A DNA stretch of 64,000 bases from the NCBI GenBank assembly GCA_051294375.1, contig CM119269.1:15449918-15513917 (forward strand), written 5' to 3'. Each line of letters opens with the position of its first letter. The stretch's first letter is position 1. This DNA is from Paraspadella gotoi. Lineage: Eukaryota; Animalia; Chaetognatha. The notes under the pieces are model-generated. The model saw nothing but the letters and a program-made list of their open reading frames with translations. It ran no database searches and was not told where the DNA came from. Of this stretch, positions 41,888 to 57,200 are shown piece by piece. The position numbers and the translations under genes were made by a program.

Positions 41888-43712
41888 GAGCCTCGTTTGA
41901 TTTCGAATGTCTCAGCCGAAATTCTAGTCTCTCATCCTATTTGCCCGTCTTGACCGTTTCTATCTGTTTTCACGCTGTTCGTTCCAATCTTCGCTACATT
42001 CGGTAATAAAGTATAAGTTACAAACAAATGTAATTTTTACGTATTGAATATTCTCGACTACGAATTTTATAACCGCCTATTTAGAGAATCAGATATATAT
42101 ATTTTTTATTAGGAGTTAAAGAATTTCTTAACTCTCGAAAATATATGTTATTTAAAAGTAAACATACAATTGACTAGTAAGCGTTTGATTCTAGTTTTTT
42201 ATTTTTGATACATTTGCTAAAACTTGGAGAGCTTCACTCTGATTTTTTTAATGTTTTCAATATATTGCCTGATAGTAATTAAGAAACGTTATGATTGATA
42301 CAACCAATATAAAAATTATCCATTATAGTATTTAGGTTACCGATTATTTGTTTCATTTGTTCTGCTGGTCCGTCCGTTATTAAGGGAAAACTTTTTTTTA
42401 TATCTGTTTTTGGACAGATTCCTTAAGAATTAAGGTCCTGAACGTAAGCAGTAAGCAGAAACGTAAGCAGTAACCGACTAAGTACGTATGTAGTTTTAAA
42501 GTCAGCTGCTTGTCCTATTTTATAATAGTGATTTTTCCATGTTTTTTTTATATTTTGCTTCGTTGAGTTCAATTTTCATTGTTTTGTCCTAAATTTTACC
42601 AATTCAACTCCGAGGGTAATTTTTTGTTTCTTCGTTTTTCCCCACCACATTCCATCCAAATTTCCCAGATAAGAACTAAAAGATACTTAACACTTCGTAG
42701 ATTAAATGAAACATTTGAAAAACAAAATTATATCTAGCTTATAGTTATACATAGCATACTGGTGTTGATAAATTTATTAATCATGACCATACCTCACTAA
42801 ATTTTTATTTCGTTTTATTTTTCTGTTTACAATGACTAAGTCTAGGAGATATTGATTACGCTCTTTAGCCATATCAATGAATGCGTTTGCGCACTGTTTG
42901 TATTAATCACAACGGGATTTTCGAAATATATTATTAGAGCTTACTTTTAGTACTTTTTGGTCACTTTTTATAGCAATAAGATTTATGAGGAGAATATCAT
43001 AATGTATTTTCGATTTTTTTGAATAGCTTAATTTTAAATCTCAACATGAGCATTTATTTTTGGCTTTTTGGTTGTTCTACTCTCTAGTCCTGTATTTTTT
43101 TTTGTAAATCTTTATTGTCCGTGCGCAGTCATATTTCGTATTTTTAATTTTTTTTTTTACTTTGTATATTGCCATCTACGATTTCTGGTTATAATTTATC
43201 TAAAACAATTTCACCGAAACCCATATCTTGTTTGTCCATAGGATGAAGCGATTGCGTGCAGCAAACTATTTACTTCCGCCAAAGTTGCTATTTTTGAAAA
43301 AAACAAATCTGTCGAACGTGATAGCATAACAAATAAAACATTTCTGAGTCATCATGTGCTTATGTCACCGGCGAGCCCCTTGGTTTTGTGTTTAAATTTT
43401 ATTGTTTTTTTGTTATTGTGCTCTCCCTTGATATTAATTTTATTTTTGTTTATCAGTGCAGCACAAACTTTATTACTCATGGAAGATGATTTACACACAC
43501 GATTACGTTTTAGAAAATATTCGTTTCTAATTTTTAAATATAATTTGTATTGTTCGGTATCGCATGTTCGTTTTATTTTGTTTCGTTTATTTGAGAATAT
43601 CTCGTAGATCATTTTAACAATGTAGAACCCCAGTTAGCGAACTATTTTCGTCAGTCATATAATTATGAAAAATCGAATACAAGAATAATGTTTTCTATTT
43701 ATGACCTTTTGC

Positions 43713-43799
<87 letters not shown>

Positions 43800-44275
43800 G
43801 AGAAGAGAGAGAGAGAGTTTATTAGTAGAAAAAAAGGACACATGAGTGATACGAAACAGCAAGAATAAAAATTTTCGAAACCCGCATTTTTTTATTTTGA
43901 ATCTCACTCCCTGGTCAACCCTGAAGAAAACTAACGTCATTCATAAGAAATAAGTTTTGATTTTTTGAACGTCGAAGCCAAAGGTAACAACATTAAGTGA
44001 TTAACAACGAATCATCTGCTATTTTCTCTCTATCTTTCATCTTTCTTTCTTTCTTTCTTTCTTCTTTCTTTCTTTCTTCTTTTCTTCTTTCTTTCTTTCT
44101 TTCTTTTTCTTTCTTCTCTATCTTCTATCTTTCTTTATTCTTTCTTTCTATCTATCTATCTTTCTTTATTTCTTTCTTTTTCCTTCTTTATCTTTCTTCT
44201 TTCTTTCTTTCTTTCTTTCTCTCTCTCTCTCTTCTTTTCTCTCTTTTATTCTCTAGCCTATCAACTCCCTCAGCC

Positions 44276-44704
44276 ATGACGGAACACCTCTCCGGCAGCG
44301 GGTCTTGGATTTGGTCGTCCACGTCGCCGACGTCTCCGCCGACCTACGGCTTCGCGTGCACGCGACATGCACGGGGCGGCCTTGTGCGGCTGGCGACCGA
44401 GTCGCTCGATCAGAGTCGCGACTGGTCCGGCCACGCACTCTTCTGGCCCTCGGAACGTCGTGGTTGACAGCGACGCGTCGCACTATGGATCAGTGCGGGC
44501 TCCACGCAGAGGCGCGCCTCCTGCTCACGTCGATCGTCAAGTCGACTCGGGTGCTGCTGCCCGATCTCGTCTAGTCGAGTGCCGCGTCGACTTCGCGTGA
44601 GCGTCTCACAGCGTGGAGAATATCTGCGACCGGTTGGAATACGGCACCGGAGGAGCTTTCGTTGGCGAGGGCTCGAAGGCTCGAGTCTGGCGATCAAGTA
44701 CGAA

Positions 44705-44742
<38 letters not shown>

Positions 44743-45050
44743 TCTTTCTTTCTTTCTTCTTCTTCTTTCTTGTTAATCTGTCCTCCCACCAGGTAAAGGT
44801 CGATTTAAAAATCGAGAGACGCCAGACATCCAGGGAGCCCTGGCTTCCGACCCAGCCATGTCCCGCGCCGTCGCCTATCGCAGGGCCTTCTGCCCCGCAA
44901 CCCGATGCACCTGACAGAGCTCCATTCGGAGTGGCTCGACTCGGCCAGTCGCTCCTCGAACAGGGCGTCGACGATTCCAACGTCATCCATTTGCGCTACA
45001 AGTCTTCGTTTTTTCACTTCTTGAAACCTTCCACGGTAATTTTGCTCTGG

Positions 45051-45097
<47 letters not shown>

Positions 45098-46931
45098 CGA
45101 GTAATTTGTGAGCACGTGAGAGAGTATGATTATCGAGCACAAAATTATTTTACTCATATTGTTTTGGTGACAAAACCATAAAATACAATATATTTATAGT
45201 ATATCCTTTTTAAAAAAAAATTGATTCTAATTCTTCATAAAAAGTTAGTCCTAAAATATAAAACATGTTTATAAAAAATTTTGAGATCTTCAGCGTCCAA
45301 AAACGAAAAAAAAAAAGAAGAAATTCTGCATTTTTACTCTCTGTAGACTAGTAGTAGCAGAAACATGCAGTAGAAACTATTATATGAAAAAACGTTTAGT
45401 CATTTTTTGCAGCTTTAAGATTAAAATATAACATTTTATAAAATTTTCTTAGTTTTTTTCCGGCGATCGAAACTGTTCTAAAATTAAAACAATATAATTT
45501 ATAAATTTTATGATATTATAACAATATTACGATAAAGAAATTTCATTTCATTACACACAAAGGCATCTAAAAACATATTTAATCGCTCTATCGTTTCATC
45601 GCTCCACCAATTTAAAAAGTGCTACTCAGTGACCCAAAAGTGTTTTCTTCTTCATAACATAAATACGTAAATTACTTTTTACATCTTCATTCTAGATTCT
45701 TATTCGCATAAACCAAATCTACCACAAGCCAAGTGGAGCATTTTGACCGAAGAGACTCCGTGCGGCGACAACGAGGCTTTCCTCTTTGCGCGCTGCAGGC
45801 CTGGATTGAAAGGAACGACGCAAGCGAAGTCAAAACTGGCGCCGCGGACGCAGCTCCAACATCGCCGTCAGCCCGTTTCCGAAGAAGACGACGATAAGGG
45901 GATGAAAAGGAGGCTCCGTTCGAGCTGGAGTTGAGCAATTTCTTCAACTATCTTCGCCCGCGACGACTCGGCTTCAATTCTCTCAAGAAAGGATTCTTCG
46001 TCCTTCAAGGGACAGAGTCTACTTCTTTACGAGACGAAAGAGGCGTCGACGTCCTTGTCCCGCCGCTGATAACGATCCTCCTCACGGAGGCGACGTGTGC
46101 CCGTCTTCGTTGTCGCCGGAAGACACGTACGCCGTACGCGTGTTCGCCGCTGCGCCGAGCGACGGCGGCGGCGACGACGAACCGTTTTCCCTGCGCCTGG
46201 AGATCCAATTCCTTCGTCAGCACAGTTCGCTCAATGGATGGCGGCTTTTCGCGTCGCCACCCGCAAATCCGCCTCTCACCGCCTCTACCGGCGCGAGATG
46301 GAAATCTTTAAAGCGTTTTTACGGATGCAGCAGCCCGTTGCCGACGCCCCCGCCGTTAGCCGTCGAACCATGCGAGACGCTGTCAAGGCGTTTGGAGAAG
46401 AAGCTGCGGCGGAGTCGATTAACGGACCGTATCGTCGCTCTCTACCCCAACGTGCAGGCTAACGCCTATTCAGAGCCAAGATGCATTACATCCGTTTTGG
46501 AGCGTCTGCCCGGGTGCGGCTCGGCACCCTTTGCCGCTCGTTTCACGGCGCCGCCGGAAAAAAGGACGAGCTGCTTGGCGTCGCGTGGAACCGACTTTTC
46601 CGGACGGATTTGACCGAAGGAAGATCTTGGTGTCGTCCGCTTGGCGACGCTGACATCGTGGAGCGTCAATTGGGAAACGAAGGTGAATTAGACGACGTAA
46701 ATTATTGAAATAAAATCAAATGTTAATTAATACTTTCAATTGACGATCGTGATTGACAGGAGTTTCAACTCGACAGCGCCAGCGGTCGGATCAAATTCAA
46801 GTGTCTTTCCGCGCGATCCTAAAATCGTTTCACGAATTCATCGGCGCTACATTTGTCTCTCTATGAAACAAAACAGCATCACGGGAAAATCGATGCTGAG
46901 CTTTTCACAAACTCACCGGGGACGCTCGTAG
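44276..46931 (+). pseudogene. Frameshifted kindlin copy (apparent pseudogene or sequencing error)
   Basis: Same exons as 35055-37764, broken by numerous indels. Confidence 0.75.
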
Positions 46932-47595
46932 TTTTTTTTTTTTCGACGAATTGCAATGGGTTAATCTTAACTACAAAAATGACGACGGGGTATAAAATGA
47001 TTTCTATACCAAAACGCTTATTGGAGAGAATATCTTAGACATTTCTACGCTTATCAGTACATCAGTAATTGCTGAATTTCTTTATCTGTGACTGGAACTA
47101 ATTGCCTGCTTCAAGCGAAATGAAATCAAGAGCGCCTGACTAACAACGAATTAGACAAACCTTAATCAGACTTTGAAGCCTTTTCTCATTAATTTTGTTT
47201 TCTAAGCTACATTTAAGAAAGCGGCAGAATCACAATTTAATCGCAACGAATTTGGATAAAGAAATCACATTTAGGAAAAAGAGATCAGTTTTGCAATGAA
47301 ACACATTTGCAGTCTTGACTTTGGGAGTTCATATTGGTTTTTGCTTTGTTTTTTTCCTCGTGGAGTGAGGAATTGTTTCAAGTTATCGAACGGGAACAAG
47401 ATTGTGGGTAAAAAAAATGGAAATATTTGGTGCTCATTATTCGCCGCCGCTGACGATTCTTTCCGATTTCGTCGTCGTCGTCGTCATTTTCTTATTGCGG
47501 TAAAGTAATTATTGCCGCGCAGTCGACATCGCTGGCAGTTGTCGTCGTCAATTCATCAGTGATCCTAAGAAGTGGGCGTCTATTGCTTGATTGGT

Positions 47596-47629
<34 letters not shown>

Positions 47630-47920
47630 AATCGTCATCGCAGTGGTTAATTGAGCACACGTCGGTTATTGAAAACTGCGATTCGGCAGCCAAAGTCCTC
47701 GAATTAATAAACTCGAAGGAATTTAAGTATTTAGAACGGGCGTCTCTCTAATCTTCTCTATTATTCTAGACGCTGGGGAAGGGAGAGGGGAAGAGGGGGG
47801 TTGTGGAGAAAGCGAGTACGAGAAGGAAGGAAGGGAGGGTGGGGGGGGGTAAGGAGTTTTGATGTTGAAGGAGATGTGAGGGGTGATCCTTCTCCTCCTC
47901 CTTTACTCCCCAAATCTCGT

Positions 47921-48072
47921 CCACGAGTTGAAAATCTTGAATCCTCGATTGAAAAACTTGAAGTTTCCTCCTTTGGGTTTTTCGCTCTTTTCCACCTGAG
48001 TCACTTTGGCGAGGCCCTTTTGACTCCCGCCACTTCTGAGGAAGGAAGAGAGGGAGAAAGAGAGAGAGAGAG

Positions 48073-48108
<36 letters not shown>

Positions 48109-48163
48109 GGGATGGATAGGAGACGAAGTAGAAACAAAAATTTAGTATTAATTATTACTATTA

Positions 48164-48227
<64 letters not shown>

Positions 48228-51200
48228 CGAGAAGTATCAAGCACCAAAATCAAATCGGATCAGAGGCTCGGGCGATTCTCCGCAGAATGGAATCGCCGAA
48301 TCCTGATTGGTCAAAGACGGAACCGGAATCGACCAAACAGCTTGCAGATCATTGGATCTGTCAAACTTACCTTTACACCGATCCTATTCTCTAGTTAAAA
48401 TATGACTTAATTTTGTCTTAAGTTTCAGTAGCATTGAACAAGACTCCTGCGTGTGTCTCACCGTCATCATTATCTCAGAATAAAATCTCATCTTGATTTC
48501 GCCCATAGAAATCCATGAGTTTTTTCTTAAATGTGGTGGTAGCGGTGGGATTCGAACCCACTATTATCATTATTACTATTATTATTATTATTATTATTAC
48601 TATTATTATATCTGATCATCGCACCTGTTGGCGGTCCTGGGCAGCGAGGCCGCCTTTTCCAACGGCAGCTTCGTCGTGGACTTTGGGTTTTCGTCTTCAA
48701 GGATGAAGAGCGGCTGCAGCGGCATCTGACTCACCTGAGCGAAGTCATGGAGGTGGGGATGGGTGGGGGAGGGTGGAAAAATAATTGGGGGCGTAAATTG
48801 GTAGGGATAAAAGAGACTTCAGGCCAAAGTTGCCATTTGGCAGCAACAATGGTTTTCTTGCTATTTTTTGATGATTATATTTTCCTATGCTGAAGACTGA
48901 AGTCTCGAAAAAATTTTTGTAATCTTTACAACCAATTTAAAAATTATCCATACATTTAATAAATAAACTATCTTGCCCCGGACTTTTGACGGGCTATTAT
49001 GGTTTATGGCCTCGATCACTCTTACAATATAATGACAAATCAGGTTAATAAAAATAGATAAGTTATTATGATGATTTCCAAAAGTTCTTCACGACCGGTT
49101 ACCAAGCGAATTTATTTCATCGCCACATCAAAAGTTTTCTCTTGACATCTTATTGTACCCTCCTCTTTTCCAAAACTCTTTCAATCTCCCATTCTCTTTC
49201 TCTTCTCTGTCCTCACCCTCTCGCGGATGACGTCTCTGACGGCCGCGTGGACGACTCGTTCCACGACGGCGTAGTCCTCCGCGGCGGAAGTCTCGAAGAA
49301 GGAACACTCGTGCTGCGCGGCCAAGGAACTCCCCTCGCTCTTGCTCACTTGACTGCCGCGTGGGTGAGTGAGAGGAGAAGAGCGTGGGTGGGTGCAGAGG
49401 GGGCAGAGACGTGTGGATAAGAGCGGAAGGATAAATGGGTAAATGAAAAAAAAAAGAAGAATAACATTAGTCAATAAAGACAAACAAGGTTTTTTCTCAT
49501 TAGGACCTGCGCATAAAAAAACAAGGCAAGGATCGAAACGAAGCTTAGGATAAGAAAAGACGCGCGACCTCGATGATCGACAGCCGGCGGATGACGTCAC
49601 AAGAAAGGAAGGAAACCAGGCCGGTATATGCACAAGAACAGAGGAAAATATGACAATAGTATGCAAAAAACGAAAAAAAGTGGGGGATGGTGTTAGTGGT
49701 GGCGGGCGGAGGGAGAACAGGGCGTCGGGGCGATCAGCGAAGGCGGAGTCGAGAAAGATATATTTTTTCTCATGCTGAGCTTCCTTGTCAAGGACTCGCG
49801 CAGGAAACACCCGCTTTCGACAGATAACTTCTCGTCTCTCTCTCTCTCTCTCCGTCTCCGTCTCTCTCTCTTCTCTCTCTCTCTTCTTTAAGAGAAAAGC
49901 CGAGACCCGACGAACGCCCATCAACCCATTCCAGACCGTATGACACGACCGATGGACAGGACTGGACCGGATCTTTCTCCATCCTTTCTCTCCTCCTTTT
50001 CTCTCTCTCTCTCTCCAACTTACTTGACAGACTAAACAGACAATTCAGATTCACTAATTACATTATTAGAACAGACCATACTTTGATCACAATCCTTACG
50101 ATTTTTCTGGAAATCAAACTATTTTCATACGATTTTCCACGACCGTTATTTTCGACATTTTGATGTTTTTGCTGGATTTTTTGTAATGATTTACGCGATT
50201 TCGTACTGATTTATATTTTATATTACATCTTTATTTACTTTACATTCGACTTTCTATTATTATTTTGCTTTGAGAGATCTCCATTATATACACGGTCGGA
50301 GACTTGCTCAGATGCAGTTGCCTCCCTCACGTACGAGCATTCCTAACCTTGCGACTCCGGAGAGCAAGTCTCTCTACAGTAAGACAAATAACCATGCTTT
50401 CAAGGTAAGTTGTTTAATGAATTGACATGAATTATTAAATGCCATTTTTCAAAGCTTCACCCACCTTCGGGATCGAAACGACATCAATCCAACAAGTGAT
50501 CGGATTCAAAGTTATTGATTAGATTATTGATTGTTAAGTGAAATGAAATTAACCGATTGCATAACAGAAATTTCGCCTTGAATGATTTTATTATTTACTT
50601 GTTTTGCTTCTCACTGCCGTCCATTTCGATATTTGAACCCATGATTTCCAGTAACTGTAAATCTTTTATTTGAAATGATTTGAATGACCCAACGATTTTT
50701 ACGACTTGTTTGTATATGATTTAAATTAATTTCTGTTTTGTTAAAACTTCGTTTTGAGAATATCTTGCTTTACCAACGAATTTCCACCTAAATAATCAAC
50801 TTTATTTCGATCTTATTCACCCTACCATTTTTAACTTTAAAATTAGAACTTAATTGAATGATTGCTGGAACAATTTTTCTATTCTTTCTCCTCACTCCAA
50901 CTTTTTTAGTTTTCATACCGACACCATGTCGATCGAGATTTCTCATGCTGAGCGCCGCAAAGACAATGGATGACCCGACTCCAAGCATATCCGATGCCGT
51001 CCACGCGCTCTACGGCCCTCATTGATGCGCTACCAGGAACTCCCACTCCGGAAATCGTCACTTCGCCCAGTGAACTACCTGGATCTCCTCCGAAATTGAG
51101 TGATACAGACCAATGCTGCTCAAAGTTTCCGATCTACCCGACCCGATCTCAATCTCTTCTCGACCAGACTCTCCCAAATATCGAAAATTCTATGCGTCGC

Positions 51201-54200
51201 AATGCGACATGACGAAGGACAACGGAGTAACGCAGAAACTCCGATTCTGAAAACAAAGGTATATGATAACAGATGAAGTGGATTACGACCTCGACATGGA
51301 GAACGTCTGAAACGGCGTGAAGCAAAGTATGAAGCGTACGAATATCTGATTGACACGGAGCCCATGATGACCATGAATGCTGTAAATCAAGAGATATCTG
51401 CTCACCACGACGTTCAAGATTTTTGAAATAATTTGTTAGGAAAAATGACAAAGAACAACATAATTTACCTTATCAGCCGAAAAAAGAAGAAGTAAGAGCC
51501 AGTACAACAGAAATAGATAAATAAGAAAATATGAAGATGGAAAAAGACAATGCAACTCATTAACAATAAAATAGAGAGAATGAAGACAAAAATGACAATT
51601 GAAAAACACCTCGATCCTTATTAATCGCTCTCTATTTTCAAGGAGAATCACGTATTGAGTCCCGTCCATCTCTTCTGCCGAATGAAAGAATGCAAATACT
51701 TATAATGTGCAAAGCTTTCCAAGCTTCAAGACCGCCCTCGAATGCATGAAACACCCTTATGAAACAAAACTTGGAATCAGCTGAAACTAATGACTAAAGC
51801 CCCGATTGCATTGCAACCATGAAGTGGAACTAAAAACAAAAAAGAATCCATCAGCTGAGACTTGGTCCCACCAATTGCTTTCACCAAAAATTGGAAACAT
51901 TGGAAATTCGACGACTGTTGAGTACAACGACCGCTTTTTGAAGCGTCGACTTGTCTTGGCTCTAAAATCCGAGTATACCCCAAGCAAACAACAACCTGCT
52001 GCGGAACACCTATAATGTTTCTATATATAGGCAACTTGGATGAACATTGAACAAAGGTTCCATTGTGAAGAATGTCGAAAGGGAAGGCCAAAAACCATTT
52101 TCCATGGAGAAGACAAGAATGTGTTTTGAACGCTATCGCGACATATCGACTAACCTAAACAGGCTGGAAGTATGACGAGTCAAACTACAAAAGCTCCACC
52201 CATGGTTTACAGATGGTGCCTAGCACGCCACGAATCACCGTAACCTGAACGTCGGCGGATGAGCTACCCAAGGTTCACCCTCTTGAAGTCAACAAGTTTT
52301 CATTCATCCTAGTTCGACAATTGCTAGAAAGTCGAAAGCTTGAACCAGCTGGTATGTTTAAATCGGAATGGTCAATTTTGAAGCTGCAAAGCTTTTAAAA
52401 ACTGTCCATTATGAAAAACAATTGTTATGAAAAGATGGTTTATGTTATAATGTCTGAAAAACCATTTGGACTAAACCAGTGTAACTGCTAAATGCCTTAT
52501 TGTATTCGAGGGCACACCCACTACTTATTGCTGCATCATGATTACGCATTGCCCGCACAGACCTCGTGAACATACGCGAAGTCAGAGTGGGATTCTCCTA
52601 CACTGCAGCTCTTCACAGCCCTCACAACCATGCACATCTGTCATGCTGCACGGCTTACATCCAGGCTCGCATTATATTGTTATGAGACTGAAACCACTAT
52701 GAATGTACTGAATGTACAAATTGTTTTGATACCCCTACTAATTTAAGTCGTGACATAGCATTTTGTTCTCGTTTCCCGACGCCTCACTAATTTACCTATT
52801 TAAGCTATGAAAATATACAGATGGTCATTAAAATAATGATTAAACTGGCTAATAATAAAATTATATATTATCTAAATAAAATGAATAAGAAACATGAAAG
52901 ACGAGAACCCCGATCTAAAAAAGAGCATAAAAAATATTAAAAAATTATAAAACTAGCATATTTACAGAAATTTAATTAACCAAATAAATTAGAATTTAGT
53001 TAACATCTAAATCTTACACAATATAGTTATCCGTATTGTTTAAATATTAAACAATTATAATCATTAAAAACAATACAAAAAATTGTTACATATACATACT
53101 AATCTTTGTCTTCTTTTATTTCTCCATCGTTTGACTAACGAGCAAACTGCGCAACGATCAACATCTGACGGAGCTCTGCGCCGGTAACCCGTCGGAAACT
53201 GACCTAAGGTAATGGAAGCGACAGGCACACCAGCGGAGTACGGCGCGACAACCTCGGCCCCCGACCTCAGAGTACTGGAAAGCAGGTAGGTAACCACAAG
53301 TGTTGTGAGCGGCGAACGCAGGCCACCTGACCTCTAGAGTATGGAAAGCGGCGCAACCACCAAGATTCGGCGCACAGAACGTCGCGACACGAACTTCCGT
53401 ATGTAAAGCCTGCCGCAACCAGCAACTTCTCGCGAAGCGAGAATTATCGAACGAATGTGCAAGAATCCCTTCCGCTCGCAGCCACTGCAGCTGAACAGAT
53501 GAGCCGCGCAAAGTGTGGGCATCAAGGCGCTGGACATTGCCAGCTCAAGGGAGGCACAATCTTCATTAACGAACGAAGCTTTCCATCAAAGTCGACACAC
53601 CCTGATGATGGCGTAGGTGGAAATCAGACTCACAGGAACAATGGACGGTTGCGCAGCGCACAGTAATCATGGAACCATTTGATACGACAACATCAAGAAA
53701 TTACGAAGACGAAACTAATAAAGAAACAATCAATAATCAAAGTTGAAGCGCACGCAGTAGAGCCCGTCCAAGTCTGAAATCCGGGCAAATGTAGGAACGT
53801 AGTGAACGCAGTCACCATCCGCGGCAGGAACCGAGGCAAGTAAACTTAACAGTAAATAATGAACAAAGACAAATACATATGACCAAGAACAAGACCAATC
53901 ACAGACCAGACAAAGAAGAAAAATACAGAATTAGTAAACATTTAGATAGATAATCATGCCTCGTTCCTCAGCCAGAGAGGAAACCCATTTGAAGGATCCC
54001 ATTCTGGAGCAGATGAGTAATGTGTCAAAAAGAAGAAATCGATAAAATGATTCATATTATAAATCTGAATGAAACATTATTTATTTACGTAAGCAGTATG
54101 GTAATTAAAATACTCCAAAGACAAAACTTTGATATCTACAACAAATCAAGAAACCTCTAAAATCAATCAACAAACGAACAAGAAACAAATAGAAACAAAG

Positions 54201-57200
54201 AAAACCGAACAATAAAACCAAGAAAACAACAATAGAATACACTAGAAACCTAAAATAAGATTAAATCCAACTGACAGGAAACCTTACATATTCAAGATTC
54301 GCGACTTGAACAAAGAAACTTTCATTCAAGTTAAACCAGAATAACGAAGAAATGAAACTAACGACATGATATGATGACACGCACGAACAAATGAAGGAAT
54401 GAACGATGAACGAGAATGAATTGAGATTATGAATATTCTCCTCACCTCAACAGTTCTTCAGTAACAAGATTCATCGAACCGAAGAACACGATAATTCATT
54501 GGAAACTCCATCTCGAAACAGAACATGAAGAAGAATAGGGCGATAGTTATATTCGTATGATTACCGTGTCCTGCCAGCCATCTTAGACGTTTTCTTAGCT
54601 TAGGAGCTGAGCGAGGCGGGTGAAGAATAAAGCAGACGCGGAACCAGATCCAACCATTCACGATACATCGATCCGGACAGGACTGACTACTACTCTTCTC
54701 CACTCTTCTCTCCCTCTCTCTTCTCTCTCTTCTCTCTCCAACACTTTAATTGGACGACTCAACAAACCAAATTCAGATCCCACTGATCACATCTTTAGAG
54801 ACGACAAACTTTGATCACGAATTACCTTACCGTTTTTCTGAATAACTATTTTCTTACGACTTTTCACGGACGCCGTTATTTTCTTCGGAGATTTTTTAGT
54901 AATCATTCTTTTGCATGGATTTCTTTGTTTGTTTACGGGTTTCGCTGATTTATATTTTTACATTTATTCTACATTTACGACTTCGACTTTTCTATTATTG
55001 CTTTTGAGAATCTCCAGTCTATATACACTTTCAGGGATCTTTCAGATGCCAGTTGAGCCTCCTACGCGAGCCACTACCTCACACGCGGAGAGCATAGTCT
55101 CTCTAATTCTCTCTCTCTCATATTTCAGGGCGAGAAGAAGACGAATTGAGAGGCTCGGACGTTACATGCCGTAAAAGCATTAAAATTTAAAGGCCACCAA
55201 ATTTCCGAAAAACATTTTTTCGCGTTCGATCGATTTCGAGTTCGTGCCTCCCTACATAGATCACCTCGACGATTTCTCCTTTCCCGCCCCACCTTTCTTT
55301 CGCCCCTGCTCATCTCTCTTCGCTTCAATCTCATTACAATCTCGCATCGCAAGTCCTCTCACCCAAGCGCGAGCTTCTTTCCCTGCTTCTTTCCCCCAAT
55401 CAATTGACATCCCGCGCCTTCTCCACTTCCTTGCTCCACCAAGTTTCTATCTCACTCCACCTCGCTCCTTTGACTTTTTTCTTCGCCCCACTCTGCCTTT
55501 TTCTCCTTTTTTTTTTTAACTCGACCTCTCGTCGTGATGACGGCGCAGCGCGTCTCCTGCTCCGTCGCGCTTCTCGTCTGAAGCTTCATTTCCAAATGTA
55601 AATAACGACGTATAAAAAAAACAGGAATCTCCGACTCCATTTTATAGCAAATAGTTGTATTGATATGATGATATATGTTCATGATGGGATGATATTACTG
55701 TGATGATGTGCGATATGGATGATGACATGTGATGATGATGACTATATATTTAGATGACATGGATGACTAATGATGATGATCCGTATGATGATGATATTAT
55801 GTTGATGAATCGTGACGATGATGCATAACGATGAATGATGAGTATGATTGATGATACGATGGACGACGTCAGGCCGCGACACCATACACAAACGCGAATG
55901 AAACTCTTGCGAAACTCGTGCGCAACTCGTAAAATCAAAAAAAGAGAAAAAAAAAATCAAAAACACACAAAAAACCGAAGATGTTTCTCCTTGCGGCCAA
56001 AATTTAAAACAGTATAATAAGCATAGATCCGTCTTCCGTCATTAATCAGGCGTCAACGATTATTATTATAGTCCATGTCAAGTCAATTCCCCTCAATGAT
56101 CTTCTTCCTTTTCCTTCTAATTATTTCCCCCATGTCTCCGTCATGTCCAGGTCCATGCCCTGCCCTCTTCCCCTTACCGATATCTCTCGAGGTCCATCTT
56201 GTTTCCAACGAGGACGACGGGTTTGTCTTTGCCGGTGATGCGGTGGTAGTTGGCGAGAGTGTCGAGGAACGCCCTCGCCCGGTCGAAGCTCAAGCGACAC
56301 GTGATGCTGTAGACTACGACGAAGGAATCGGCCCACTTCAGGTATCGGTCTGGATGTCGACCCTCCTGCAGGAAATCGTTACCTCCGCGACTTTGATTTC
56401 TAATATTTATGTCAATGTTTTTAATTATTAACATTCTTCGGTTAATTGTCTTAATCCACGAGGACGATTCTAAATAAAATATTTTAGAGCTTACTTATTT
56501 TTTAAAAAAATTTTGGGGTTAAATTAAAAAAAAAAAAAGGCATGAAGCTATATTTTGAATTTTTATTTGAGCTTTTCTAGAGTTTCTCTTCCGGTTCAGG
56601 TCGGGATCGTTTCCCAGAAGTTTTTTTTTTTAGCTTTGACTTAAAATTCTTTCGACCCGATTAGATATCATTTAAGTATTTACTTAATGATTTCCCAAAA
56701 AAAAGAAGTGAATTTCCCCTCAAATCCTTCGAGTCAACTTTCTCTCTCCGTCGATCGATCCTTTTCTCCGATCAAATTCACGTCAGCCTCATTCCTCCGC
56801 CATATGACAAACTCGTTAAGCCGTGATTAATTATTTTTAACGATATCTGCATTGGTTAGTAGCTAACAGGTCCTAGTGGTGTCCACAGTCCAATTAAGGC
56901 GTGAAAAATTCAAGTTTCCCGACAAATATTAAAAGGCTATATCTTTCTAAATTAACTGTATTACTGAACTGGTTTCGGTAATTAATTATTATGTATTGTA
57001 ACATAAATATGCTGCTGACTTCCACACTCCACACTGCTTCTAAGGATTTAGATTTCAGCAAGAAGTAAAACGCAAGCACAACGGAGAACGCCTCGGAATT
57101 TAGTCTCGTTTCTCGTTTAAAAAAAAACCTTGTTTTTTAAATTTATTATTAGGAATTAAACTACTTATTTGTTTTTAAAATTTAATTTAAATCAAACTTT

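Noticed and set aside
48888-48912. Hammerhead-like CTGAAGA...GAAA
   Set aside because: Stem II does not form in the correct register and no stems I or III are evident.
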